NCBI GenBank assembly: GCA_018398765.1
Contig: JAHBMJ010000223.1
Span: 1-64,000 of the forward strand
Length of the DNA stretch: 64,000 bases
Source: Chromera velia
Lineage: Eukaryota
Direction: 5' to 3'
Each line of letters opens with the position of its first letter. Positions within the stretch are counted from its first letter, which is position 1. The position numbers and the translations under genes are program-made. The notes under the pieces were generated by a model, which had not been told where the DNA came from, searched no databases, and was given only the letters and a program-made list of their open reading frames with translations. Shown piece by piece: positions 33,988 through 47,252 of this stretch.

Positions 33988-34459
33988 TGTGGAGTCCTAC
34001 CCTGTGGCGTCACCCTCTGGACCTTCGCATGCGCTATATCTGAATAAGCCTGCATGCCGACACCAAGCTCCGCCGCCGCGCTTTGTTTCGTACGTGTCGC
34101 GCGCGTCAATCAAAATTATTGAAATCGATCGAGTTTGACCTTCGTATTCAAGCATATAACATATTACTCAAGCAACGGATAGCATCGTTTGAGTCTGATG
34201 TCTGTTTACCATAGATCAAGAGAGCTCTAGAGTCTGAGAGAGAGAGGAATGAGTAGAAACCGTGTATGATAGAATGAATCCAGCTGATTGGAATACCAGA
34301 TCGCGCTAGAACTTAAACTGATGTAGGGACAAACCTTCTGTAAACTGTTGCCTGACTGAGTGTTGCTCACATTCCTTCTCTAGATCTTCCTAAGGTTCTT
34401 ATCCTCGCTTTACCTTCTGTCTGGACGCCATAAGGTGGCCGGACAGGAGGGACAAACCA
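33988..34459 (+). repeat. 3' LTR
   Basis: tgtggagtcctaccctgtgg...ggagggacaaacca. Confidence 0.9.
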
Positions 34460-35474
34460 AATAGTAATTCTCATATTATTTTTCTAAACATTTTTAATTG
34501 TAGTTTGCATATATGCATTCGTATGCATAATGATTGTCTTCGTCTTTTTCATACTAGTTTTGTTCATTTACTTCCTCATTCAAACCCACTCATAGGCAAA
34601 CATTGGGCAAACACCATGTCACATTTGCTCTCATATTTTGCGCCCGTACGTCGCACGCGTCTCTCCGACTCTCTCGTCGACGCGCGTGCGCGATGAGAGC
34701 GCTTAGACCGCTTTCATGCAGGGAAAAAAAAATCAAAAATGAAAAAGAAAACCGTATGAAAACCGTACATGCATGCAGATTCATCCATGCATATATATGA
34801 TCGATGCAAAGGGTGCAGGGCTGATCGAATGGTCACATCATGCACAATTGAAGGGCCAGAGCATATATAGTCACTCGTGTCTTCGCAACAGTTTCCATTT
34901 GCTCGGTCTGTGTTCGTTTGCTGGTGCAGAATCCCTCTTGCACTCGCCTCTTTCGAGCCGTGCTTCCCCTTTCTGCTTGAGAGGTGCAAACGCTTTCTGT
35001 CTGGCTGCTCCGCCTTGCCAAACCTTGGAGCATCGTGGAGCCGGATTCTGTCAGACTGGCATCTGCGCAACATCTGTCTGTGTTCATCTGCGAGTGCCAA
35101 AACGTCATCACTCTTACCTTCGCAGATCTGCCTTCAACTTTCCACTGGAGGGAAAGGCAGGACACAGGTACGTTCAATGAAAGTCAAAGCCGGTTCAGAA
35201 CGTCAATCGGTTTTCTTTCGAATTTGTCTGACCTTTGTAGTACAGCAAGCACTCTTTATAAACAGGCCGTCCATTGCTCTGACTGAGAGAGGAAGGATAT
35301 CGGCATCCGTGTGATCCTGTACACACGATACGAACACATACCACACAAGCGCAGATTCTATTGAATTTCCGGTTTTGCATCAGAAGATTTTTTCACGAGG
35401 CATTCTTGTTGCGCCTTTCTTCCTGCTTGCAGGAACCTCATACATATTGATTTATTCATCGATCTGTCTCAAAA

Positions 35475-38400
35475 ATGGAGGAGTACTTTCCTGACGTCGT
35501 TGCGATTCTCGAGAAGCGCAAGAAGGAGAGGGCTCCGCTGGGGGGGGCTGGAGTTCTGTTTCGCAATACCAGACCGCCGCAGACAGGTCAGACACCTGCA
35601 ATTGCTCTTGTCAGATAACCTTCCTGCACGCATGACTCCTTTTTGTGGTGTACGTTTGGACCACTCCATCTGACCCGCGCTGCCAGCAATGCCGCATCGC
35701 AGTCTGACACGAGTTGCCACACTCAGTAAATTCAAGCCTGCGGGTGCATTCTAAAAGTGTCATGCCGAAAATTGCGAACGAATGCATTGTATCCCTTCAC
35801 GCGTGTACAGGCTTTTCTGTCTCCATTTGCGACTTTGCGTAGACAGCTTGTAGCCGGTCATTGCCGTGTCCTGCCTGTATTCGTGCATCTCTGCAGAATT
35901 CTCGAAAATGGGGAGGGAATGGGGAGGGGGGATGTTATGAACGGGGACCGGGACCGGGAGGAAATGGGCAGAGAGTCGGAGGAGGAAATGGAGGAGGAGG
36001 GGAAGGGAGGACGTCAACTTCACACACGACAGAAGCTGACTCGAATCAGCGGTCAGTGATCCTGCAGCTCCCCCCTCTCATGCAATTCAGTCAATCTACC
36101 TACCTACCTACCTACCTACCTACCAAGCTTGTCGATCGATCGTCCCATGCAACGTCCATGCCGAGTTGCATCGTCCCAACGGTGTTGTCATTTAAACTTC
36201 CTCAGTGCAATCTTGAAGGTTCCGCGTCAGGCCATGTCTCTTCTGTCTCATTTTTTTTGCTTCAAGGTAATAATTGTCTTCATGACAACGGGTGTCGACC
36301 TACTCGAAACATCTTCTTGCCTCCATGCGGTTTTGCATGACTGCTGCAGCGTCGAGGGTTCCCCTCCAGCTCCCTTCCCTCCAGAACAAACAGGAGAGGA
36401 GACAGAGGAGACAGACCCACAGGCCCTCACCGACGCCTCAAGAAAGGGGGATCTCCTGAAGGTGAAGCACATCATCGAGGGCGGAAGGGGCAAGCTGAAC
36501 TTGGACTGGCAGGACAAGAACGGAATGACGGCCCTGATGTGGGCCTCTAAAAACGGCCACACGGACACTGTGCGGCTGCTGGTCGATGCAAAGGCCAACG
36601 TGGATATGCAGCAGGACACGTTCCCGGGAAAAACAGCCCTGATTTTAGCCTCTTTCAAAGGCCGCACGGACATTGTGCGGCTGCTGGTCGATGCAAAGGC
36701 CAGCGTAGACATGCAGGACCAATATGGAAAGACAGCCCTGATTTTTGCAAACGGCCGAACGGACATTGTGCGGCTGCTGGTCGATGCAAATGCCAGCGTG
36801 GATATGCAGGACAAGAACGGAAAGACAGCCCTGATTTCGGCCTCTGACAAAGGCCACACGGACATTGTGCGGCTGCTGGTCGATGCAAAGGCCAACGTGG
36901 ACATGCAGGACAGTGACAGAAATACAGCCCTGATTTGGGCCTCTTTCTACGGCGGCCGAACGGACATTGTGCGGCTGCTGGTCGATGCAAAGGCCAGCGT
37001 AGACATGCAGGACGAGAACGGAAAGACAGCCCTGATTTGGGCCTCTGATTTCGTCCGCACGGACATTGTGCGGCTGCTGGTCGATGCAAAGGCCAGCGTG
37101 GACATGCAGGACAAAGAAGGAAATTCCGTCTTGATGCTTGCAATACAGAAGGAAAATGTCGAGATGGTGGAGTTTCTCCTTGCACGGCCGGGCAGTGCAA
37201 CCCAAACTCTCGTGAATATTCCTGACTCACAGCGCCGGACGCCCCTCTTTCGTGCTGCGGCAGGAGGGCACATTCTTTTCGTAGAGCTCCTGCTCAGACG
37301 GGGAGCAGACCCCTCTTTGAAGGACACTAGCGGAAACACAGCACTTGCAGTTGCCGAAGAGGCTGGAAAGATGCTGGTGGTAGAGAGACTGAAGAGTGGA
37401 GAGCGAATGGTCGATCCTTGGTCGACAGAAATGGTGTCGGAGTGGAATGATTTGAGGTCCCTGATTGACAGCAAAGCCGTCGCGTTCTGGCCTTTGCACT
37501 TCCTCAGGTCCCTGCTGAAGAAAGGTGCGAAGTTGCCTTACCGTCAAAAGGTAGCAGAAGCAACGAAAGATCTTGGAGTAGTTTGTGAGCCCTTTTCCGC
37601 TTGCACACTTGCAGCCGACCTCCGACACCCTGTTGGAGCGCCTTTCAGGCTTGTGGCTGTCAGTTATCCGTGGCTGTCGCAAGAGCATCCCGACCCAGAG
37701 GGCTTCCGTCTCCGAAGTGTCCTCGAGCAACTAGAGAAGCACTGGTGGGCCCAGGAAGGCTCTCCGGTGACTGTGTTTGTATTTTGGGACTACCTGTCCC
37801 TCTTCCAACATCCTCCGGGTGGAAGACGCACAGATGCTCAAGACGCGCTATTCAAAGAAGGTCTGAGCAAAATGGACCTCATCTACAGCAGCCCGCACAC
37901 ACACGTCATCCGCTCTACAGCAGTACCTGAAAGCGCTGCAAACCCCACAAAGTACATCGAGAGGGGGGGGTGCTGGTTTGAGTCTGCAGTCACAGCCTTC
38001 AAGCCCCCCGCTCAGGTTCTGAGTGACGACAGCAAACAGGAAAGACCTTCCCTCCGTATCCCCGCCACCCCGCTGAGATTCGGTGAGACTCTTGACACGA
38101 AAAAGTTCACAAACGGAAAAGCCGATGCAGAAGGTGTGAAGGCGCTGTACAAAAACTTTCTCCACCGATCCATACACAAACTGCGGGTGTTTTGAGACGG
38201 CTCCTGGGCTTCCTCCCGAGAAGCTCGAAAGCAAATGGATCCCCAAGCAGCTCTCCAACTGGCTGCCCTAGTGGAGTATGTTGTTGCTGACCCGTCGTTA
38301 GCAGCCAGACTGCAACCTCAAGTGCTCGACCTGAGGGGGTCGCCGTTCGACGATGCAGCACTAGGACATTGGTTTCCCTCTCTAGAAGAGTCTTCAGAAC

Positions 38401-39630
38401 TGACACTCAGTCTTGAGCGTTTGCTTTGCGCTTTCGGAAAATTGGGAAGCATCACTGCTGTCAGCTTCGAAGCTCTAGACGTCTCTCGTAGAGGCGATGA
38501 CGATTCAAAAAAGGTCTACATGGAGGGGCTGCAAAGAGGGCTGGCCGGTCTCTTTCCGGCAGAGGGACCCTGTCCTCTTGATGCCAACCTGCGCCTTCTG
38601 GCTTCGGCTGGAATGACAGAGGTCAGCTGAATTGCCGTATGCTTACAGCGATGTATAGCGATGTGATTCTTTTCCTTTGTCTGCGGAACGACCTTCGTCC
38701 TCACGGGCAGTGCTGGACTGAAAGCCTTCAGGAGAAATCATTGAGCGCCGTTTCTCTCTTTTTCCTCTCTCTCCTCTATCTCCTCTCTCAGTGCCGCAAT
38801 TTTCTGGATTGATCAGTCATCTTTGACAAGGAATCGACTACACACAGCGCCACGGATCCTGAATACTGCTGTACTGCATGGGCGTGCAGGTGATTGGCCG
38901 GTTGATTCGCGAAAGCAGGACTGTGAATGTCGATGTTAGGGATGAGGAAACGGGAGAGACAGCCTTGATGTTGGCCTCTTGCAAAGGTCACACGGACATT
39001 GTGCGGCTGCTGGTCAATGCAAATGCCAGCGTGGATATGCAGGACAAGAACGGAAAGAGAGCCCTGATTTGGGCCTCTTTCAAAGGCCACACGGACATTG
39101 TGCGGCTGCTGGTCGATGCAAAGGCCAGCGTAGACATGCAGGAGAAGAACGGAAAGACAGCCCTGATTTCGGCCTCTGAAAACGGCCACACAGACATTGT
39201 GCGGCTGCTGGTCGATGCAAAGGCCAACGTGGACATGCAGGACAGTGACAGAAATACAGCCCTGATTTGGGCCTCTTTCTACGGCCACACGGACATTGTG
39301 CGGCTGCTGGTCGATGCAAAGGCCAAAGTGAACATGCAGGACAAGAACGGAAAGACAGCCCTGATTTGGGCCTCTGATTTCGTCCGCACGGACATTGTGC
39401 GGCTGCTGGTCGATGCAAGGGCCAGCGTAGACATGCAAGACGAGAACGGAAAGACAGCCCTGATTTCGGCCTCTGACAAAGGCCACACGGACATTGTGCG
39501 GCTGCTGGTCGACGCAAGGGCCAGCGTAGACGTGCAGGACGAGAACGGAAAGACAGCCCTGATGCGGGCCTCTGAAAACGGCCACACGGACATTGTGCGG
39601 CTGCTAACCATTGCTCCAGCCTTCTCTTGA
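35475..39630 (+). pseudogene. Ankyrin - HET-like domain - ankyrin protein, interrupted by in-frame TGA stops; 5' exons uncertain
   Basis: Ankyrin arrays at ~36420-37380 and ~38930-39610 flank a HET (PF06985-like) pattern: VAVSYPWLSQEHPDPEG...VFWDYLSLFQ...MDLIYS...YIERGGCWFE. ORFs 36129-38195 and 38235-38630 share a frame, separated by one TGA. TGA at 38824 and 38860 are in frame with ORF 38878-39630. Confidence 0.8.
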
Positions 39631-40341
39631 CCCTGGCAGCTGAAGTCCCAAACAGGATCGAGGTGTTCGTGTGCAAATCAATCACACTCCTTTCCCAATT
39701 GAATGCAACTTGGCAGCGACTGACAGGTTCGTGTATGAATGTGTGGTTTGCAGACCGACTGCCTATGGATGTGGGATAAAGGATGAGATGTACTAGAAGA
39801 TGTACTATATACTAGTAGTTGTATCATCACATGTTTTTAAGAAAATATATTTAATTAAAATTGTACATGCCTATGCATGCCTGGGCATATGCGAAAATTT
39901 ATTTTAACCCCTTTGGTGGCCAGAGATGTTGCCGTGTAACGACTGTTGCGTATAGGGATGGAAGGATAAAAGTAAGGCGGACGTGCTAGGAACAGACCTC
40001 AAATGTATCTCCCAGACCCCCAGCCCCTGGCATTCCATTCTAGAGTCAGAATCTAGACTCCATTCAAAAAATTTAATTCAAAAAAAAAAAAATATTATAT
40101 TTAAAACACAGACAGATGTGATATAAATGATTCACAAGTTTTAGAAATTAAAAAAAAAAAAAAGATAAAGTTGTAAGATTCAGACAAATTTCTGTTTTGA
40201 ACTTGCATGAACTTTGAATATCATTAAGCGATGATAATGATAGTAAAGATATGCATTAATTCAGGTCTTAAAAAAGTTTTACATCTGTTTTCCCACAAAC
40301 TCAGCTGTCTTTACTGGGCCTAGGCCTTTCTTTTAAGTTTT

Positions 40342-40736
40342 CTATCTCACACGTCGGGGCGATGTCATTCTGTTTGTGTGCTGATTAGAAGGGTTTGCAG
40401 GGTTGAGGAGAGAGAGAGAGGCCCCGACTTGAATGATCTCCTCTCTCTTTCTCAAGGGGGCCAAAATTGCGTTCCTGTCGAAGTGTTCGTGCACGCCCTC
40501 GGGCAGTGAGGACAGGCGCCTCGTACTTTGGCTGAGTGCGGCTGCTTCCTTCAGTCGCTGCTTTTGAGTGAGGGTGGGCTGGTCCAGCCAGTGGCCGGAT
40601 TTGGATCTCGGAGAGTTTCCGTTCCCGTTCCCGTAAGAGACGCCTGGCCGGGAGGGGGAGTCCCTCTCTCTGTCCTCTCCGGAGAAACGGAACTGGATTG
40701 GTCGCCATTCCCTGCACACTCACACACACACACACA

Positions 40737-40776
<40 letters not shown>

Positions 40777-43226
40777 TACATGCAAAAACAGGTCGACAGA
40801 AATTTGGAAAGAAACAAGGGGCCGCAGTGGGAACGGGCACACTTGCCGTGTTCCATGAGGGCGAAGACGTTTACATTGTGGCTGGGGCAGTGCAGAGGAG
40901 ATCAGAGGAGAGTGGAGAATTAAAGGAGTGAAGAAGGAGTGACTATTTAAGTGCCTTGAGCCTTGGAGGGCTCTGATGGCCGCTGACGGGAAGCAGGCAG
41001 CTGAGAAAGAGAGAAAGAAAGCAAGAAAGAAAGAAAGAAAGAAAGAAAGATGTGATGGAAGCAAGAGGAGCGCCTCGGCAAGCTAAGTCAATCAAAGAAT
41101 GAACGTTGACTCGAAGACTGAACAGAATCAAGACCTCGTTGAAGCTTCCCTTCCCTTCCGTTCCCTTTAAAGCTCCAGTCTGGACTCACTTCTGCAGATT
41201 GACGGCGCTGAAAGAAGTCGACTCTGCAGGTTTTTCTCTTCCGAAGGAGGGGGGCTTGAAGGTGGGTGGAAGGAAGTTTGGGGGGGGAGGGATGGGGAGA
41301 GAGGGTGGCGCGTGATCGTGGATAGGCGTCCGTGGCCTTGGAGTCGTTTCTCCTTCTCCCCTCGCAAAAGAACGCTGGGAAAAGACAGGAGTAAGAGTCG
41401 CCCCTCCCCCTCCAACGTCTGTCTGACCCCCCGCTGTGTTGGTCCTCAGAGCTCTACGTGGTGTGACGGGAGGAGACAGCGGGGAGGGCTCCCGAGAAGC
41501 TGCAGTGGCGCATGCTGGAGTTCCGAACTTTCTGCATTGGTGGACACATCTAGGAGAACCTTGGGAGGGTGGGAGGAGGGGCGGTGTGAATGGGTCCCTT
41601 TCGATGGGTTTCATCTCTCGGGGACTGCTGTAGGGACTCCTGGGCGAAGCCGTGGGGGAGGAGGGGGAGGGATAGAGCCCGTGAGCGTCGCGATTGGGGG
41701 GCATGGGGGGGAGAAGCGCTGAAGGCTGCGGGGGCTTTTCATCGTTTTTCCCTTTTTCTGTTGTCCCGGCGCTGGCAGAATCGGGCCGCGATGATCTCTC
41801 TTCATTATCGCTGCTGTTGCTGCATTCATGGACATATGTAGGTGAGGAGATGCTGAAAAAAAAAATGATACCTGAAGGAAGTGGAGAAGGGTGGTAGGCT
41901 TTCAGATAACGAACCGAGCATTTGCATAATGGAGTATTTCCTCTCTTGAAACCCTGAACAACTTCCAAGGTTTGATGTGTTGTCGAAGGATGTTTTCTAG
42001 GTGGACACAAAACTGTTTTGCATGTAGGCCTCCAAACACCATGCATCTTCTATGCAGGTAATCACTCTCTGCTGCCGGACACATGAGAAATGAAAGCATC
42101 AAGTGTTGCTGTCAGAAAGAATGGATTCGGGGAAAGGAGGCCAGAATGGAATGATGGAGAGGAAGGAAGGACATAGGAAGCAAGTAAGGGGGAAGAAATA
42201 AAGATCAAAGGATAAATAAAAACTGCTGACTGACTCCTCGCTTCGTTGCTCCGTTTCTTCCGTCTGTTCTGTTTTGCCTCTCTCTTCTTCTGTCTGCGTC
42301 TCAATTGGGGTCTGCAGTTCCTGGGAAGGCGCTGGAGAAATTGGAGGATTCAAAGTTTGGTTTGGGTCTAGGCCGGGTTGATTGCTGAAGGGAGGACCCT
42401 CTGCCTCATTGGCTGGCTGAGGAGAACCTTCGTCCTCTGCCTTCTCATTTTCCTTCGCATGACCTTTGACGTCATGCGTTTCTTTACCTTCATTGTGTAT
42501 CTTTCCTTCCTCATCCTCTTGTTCTCCCTTCGCATCGTCATCGGGGGGCAATCCGAACCAGTCAGCAAGGGGGCCGTCGGCTTCTTTCTCTTCTTCTTTC
42601 TCGTTCCCCGGCTTGTTTGACGGCTTTTCAAGGTGTTCTCCCTCTCTGCCCCCCCCATTATCGAGATGCTCCAACGAATCTTTCTGCTTCCCCTTGTCCT
42701 CTTCTGCAAAGGCGCGAGGGTCGGATGAAGGAGAGGAACCGAGACCCCATAAATGCATGTCAGCACTGGAGCTCAAACTTTTTTCTTCCGGCTTTTCTTT
42801 GTCTGCTAATGCAGACGCATAGGCTCGTTCCCCATCCCCAATGCTCTCTTTTTCGTTCTCTTGCTCAGAAAGCCAGTCAGAGATTGCGCCTGTGAGTGCT
42901 GCCTCTGTCATTTGGAACGCCAAGGACTCAATCTGCTGTCTGGCTATCTCTTCTGCTTCTGCCCGGATGTCTTCCTTGTGTTCTCTCCATCTTCTCTGAA
43001 TCAACTCGGCAGCCGCATCCAGATCGGGATGCTGACCCTGGGTGTCTTTTGCTTCACTGCAGCAGAGAGAGAACATTGAAAGAACAAAAACCGAAAGGCA
43101 GAGGAATTAGATAATCACTCTGTGGAATATTTCAAATTGAGGGACACAAATTTGGATGAAAAAGTGAAATGTGCCTCTGAGGAGTTTGGGGTCCTCTGTA
43201 GTTCTTCCGACTCTCTCCATGTATAT

Positions 43227-43266
<40 letters not shown>

Positions 43267-46200
43267 GACGGGTTCTTCTCGAAGAACGGCGAAAGAATCA
43301 CATAAGAAGAAAACAAAAATGAAGCAAAATGCACAAACAAAAAGAGAGAAAGAGTGAACCCAAACAATCATGCAAACGTTCCAGAACGAAATTAAGAAAA
43401 TGAAGGGAAGAGAAGAGAGCCGCACAAAGAAAGAGCACTTTGCCTGTCCTCACCCCTTTGCCATTCCATCCTTTGCAGATCCCTTTGCCGAATCCTCCTG
43501 ATTGTTCCTTTCTGTGTCTGTCTCTCTTCCACCCCTATCAGGTCCCTCGGAAGAAAAAGATCTCTCGCGCTCTCCCATCTGCACTCAATTCCACACAGCT
43601 CGCTCAAATCATCACCGAAGCAAGCGACACGGAGGCATGCAGACACACAGACAGAAAGAGACGGAAACAAAAAAGACAGAGAAATCTAATTCATGACATT
43701 TGAAAATATCTCACCCAGGCAGAAATACAATCTTCATCCATATCAAAATGCACACATACACACGCACACAAACGCACTCTCAAACGCGAACGCGCACCCT
43801 CACGCGCACACACACGAGAGAGAACGTCTCTGTAGAACCTCACAGAAAAACACTGTCTAGGAGTTGCAACCGTTGTCTCTATCTGCCTGTCTCTCTGCCG
43901 CTCTCACAAAGACAAAGATCGAGTTGTGCGGACTGGCAAAAGGGGTAACAAAAAAGCGCATACGGATGCAAGAGAACCCGGGCGGGCAGACAAAAAGTAA
44001 TTCATACAGCAGGAAGCAGACAGGAAGAAAGAAGAAACAAAAAGAGAAAACCAAAAACTGAAAAAGGAAAGGAAAGGAAGAGAAGAGTTGACGGCCAACC
44101 TTTTTCTCTTCGTTCCGTTCCGACGACGTACCACCTTTTTCAGCTGTTTGATCTTCCTCGGTTCCCTCCATGCTTTTTCGATTTCTTTCTTTTTCTCTCT
44201 CCATTTCTAGCTTTTCGCGTTCCTCCTTCTCGCTTTCCGCCTGCCGTCTCTCCTCCTCTCTTCTTCGTTCCTCCAATTCTGCTTCTTCTTTTGCTCTCCT
44301 CTCCCTCTCAATCTCGCGCTGTCTTTCTAGCTCCAACTTCTCCGCTTCTGCTCGTTTCATTCTATCCACCTCTCGCTCACGCTCTGCCCAAACTCGATGC
44401 CACAAGCTTGCGTCATTCGCGAAGTTTCGAAGGTCAGGCAGTTGGCTCAGAAACTTCGGAGCGGAGGGCAAATCTGAAGAAGCGCGACCCCCACCTCCAT
44501 GCATAGGACTCTCATACGGGGGCAGAGCGACAGGCAGGGGCAGGAGCACAGGAGCAGAAGTAGAGGCAGGGGAGGAGCCCCCGTCCCGCCTGCGCATGCC
44601 CTCACCTGGCGAGAGAGGCAGGGGGACCAGATGAGTTCTCCCTCTCTGCTGGTGTTTCGAAGAACTCCACGCCCCCCCTCCTCCTGCTGCTGGACCAGAC
44701 TGAGCGTCTGAGCCCGGGCCTTCTGTCTTCGGGCGCCCGGGTGAGAGCACCGGAGCGGGTGGCGCAAGCTCTTGGAGAGCAGCTGCAAGGAAGGGAAGGG
44801 GAAGGACCCCAAAAGGATCAAGAGAGCTGCATGCATGAGGCCCTTTGGAAGGAAAGCTTTGACAGGCATCGAGAGAAAGAGACGTGCATGCTGGGCCGCA
44901 TTTTTTCCACAGTCAAAGAATCAGAGAGAGGTTTAGAGAGAGATTCTGTGCTACAAAGACGAGAGAAATCCTCTGAAATAAATACATCAGAGAAAGGTGG
45001 TTACCCCCTCACACAAATACTCACCCACCCCTCACACAAATACTGACCTAACCCCTCACACTCAGTCACCCACCCACCCACCCACCCATCACTCACTCAC
45101 TCACTCACTTACTTACTCACTCACTCACTCACTCACTCACCGGCCTTTCTGTCAAAAAACCCGCAGGAAGTTTCGGCAAATTTGGACACAGGCGAGAGGG
45201 GAAGGCTGAGGCGCCGATTGTTGGAAGGAGAGGACAAAGGCGAACGCGAATTCCCCCCACAATCCCCTTCCAACAGATCCTCGTCCTTTTCCACCATCCA
45301 CACTCTCTGCAAGAATTCAATTCACAGCAGGAGCTCATGAAGGAAGGAACACGCACCGAGCTACAGATCGATTGACCAACAAAGGGAATGCGCGGTTCGT
45401 TGCTTGAGAGAAACCCCAACAAGTGCAACGGTGAAGTAGACACGATGCACGACCACATTTGGCTGCCTCTTTGTGACTGAGAGCTTTGAAAGAATATTCA
45501 GGGAGGACCAAAAACGGAGCGTTCCCTTCCCTTCCCTTCCTTGGCTCTTCTCCTTGCTTCCTTCCCTGTCTCCTGCCCTTTTGCTAGGCTCGTCTCTCCC
45601 GCCTTCGATCAGTCTTCTTTCTCAAAAGTCTCCCTCGCAATCTCCTAGCGTCCACAGACTGCATGGAAGAGAACGTCACGACAAACCAAGCAAAAGAGAC
45701 AGAAGACGCGAGTCCATTCAACAGGTTCACTCACTCACTCTTTTCATTTCCCCCTCGCTGTCCTCCAACGCTCTGAGCAGTTCGTCCTCCCTTTCCTTCA
45801 GAAGAACAGGACGTCCCAACTCATGCCCTCTCTGGAAAAGAGACAGCGCACTCCACACATCGCCAGTCGCCTCAAATTCCTGACCGACGCTCAAGTAGGC
45901 CGTCGCGAGGGTCCGGACCAATTCCATAAGCTCACTTGCCTCATTCTCGCACGAAGCCTCTTTTTCTTCTCCTTTCGAGGCCCCCGCCCCGTCCTCTCCC
46001 CCCCCATCCGACAACCCCGTTCCCTCATCAAATGCTTCCTTTGATCGCCCTGGCGCGTCCTGCCAACACACAGGCGCCCCTGGGCCGTCGTCCCGAGTCA
46101 GACGGCGATGAATGTCTGTGTGGAGAAGAGCGAGCGCTGCCATGCCGTGAGCGACTGCCTGTCGAACCCTGCGACAAACAATTAAAGGAACGGAAGAGAA

Positions 46201-46829
46201 ATTCATGCTGTTCATATGGAAAACACTAAGAATTCCCAACCACGCTCTTGCGAGGGAGAGACGAGCTTCGGTAAGAAGGATCAACTGATGAGAGAGGGGA
46301 AAAGAAGGACGCTGAAGGGCGCGCAGACAGACAAACAGGCAGTGTCGGCTCCTTCCTTCATTTTTTCCCCTTCATGCAGAGGTCGAAAGAAAGAATCTTG
46401 TTTTGTCCCTCTGTGTTCCTTCCCCCCTGCACGCTCCCATGCACACTGAGCGCCATCACAAAAGCACCAGAAAACAGGTTATCGCAACACAGTCCAAAAT
46501 GCACGCACAAGTTTTTTTTCTCTTCCGTCAAAAAAAAATGGATTAGCTCTGAACGGACTTTCCAGACAAACTGAACGCGGAGCACAGGTTCAGGTGGGTG
46601 GTGGCCTTTGTGTTTGCTCCCGCTTCCACTGCGTAATGCAGCTCGACTGCCTTCCCAAGGTAGAGAATGGAGGCGGACAGATTCCGAAGGCGCTTGTGGA
46701 AGCAACCCAGATTGTTGCACGTGATGGCGAGGAGGCTGGCGAGTGCTCTTCTGTCTCCGTCCAAATTCAACAACAATGCCTCGGCCTTCTTCAGCTCCTC
46801 GAGAGCAGAGTCCATGTCACCTGTATATG

Positions 46830-46863
<34 letters not shown>

Positions 46864-47252
46864 TATGTGTGAAAAGGAAATTCAACAGCAGGAAATGCAG
46901 ATGCTCTGCTCAAACTGGGTTCTATTAGAAAAGCATCAGCCTCCCTGTGTACAAACATGTAAATACATGCGTGCCCATGCTATCTATCCATGGTCAACTA
47001 GTTCTTCGTCCTCGCCTGACCTCTTCTCAAAGCCTCCATTCCCCGTCTGTTTGCTTCAAAAACCGCTTCCTGTGCAGAGAAGGATGGAGAGGACGGCACA
47101 TCACCAGGAAGACCTCCAAAGCGCCCTTGTCCCGGCCCTTCTTTCCCCTGTCCTCCAGCAACAGAAACAACAGAGTGTTGTTTGGGGGAGCTCGGCTGCA
47201 TCGTCTCGGCGTCTGCGCTCTGCCTCCCTTGCGGCATTTCTTCCCTCACCAT
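40342..47252 (-). CDS. Large multi-exon TPR protein with coiled coil and IQ-like motif
   Basis: Exons encode LAITCNNLGCFHKRLRNLSASILYLGKAVEL, ATTHLNLCSAFSLSG and ATAYLSVGQEFEATG (TPR-like), an E/R-rich coiled coil (44140-44390) and AAAELIQRRWR (IQ-like). GT-AG boundaries are visible; whether it is one gene and where it ends are uncertain. Confidence 0.7.

Larger units (their letters stand above)
31943..34459 (+). mobile_element. Non-autonomous LTR retroelement (~2.5 kb; TRIM/LARD-like)
   Basis: 472-bp direct repeats with TG...CA ends (31943-32414 and 33988-34459). PBS-like TGGTGAACGC 3 nt after the 5' LTR and a G-rich PPT (~33978-33985) just before the 3' LTR. No gag/pol recognised; no clean TSD. 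Confidence 0.85.

Noticed and set aside
31938..34464. Target-site duplication and tRNA identity for the LTR element
   Set aside because: Flanks gaatt and aatag do not match cleanly, and the PBS-like sequence could not be assigned to a tRNA by eye.
38193..38195. UGA recoded as Trp or Sec
   Set aside because: CenH3, argS, FKBP and the methyltransferase all terminate on TGA, and no SECIS could be supported.
36248..39685. Minus-strand ORFs over the ankyrin gene
   Set aside because: Antisense shadows of the 99-bp repeats.
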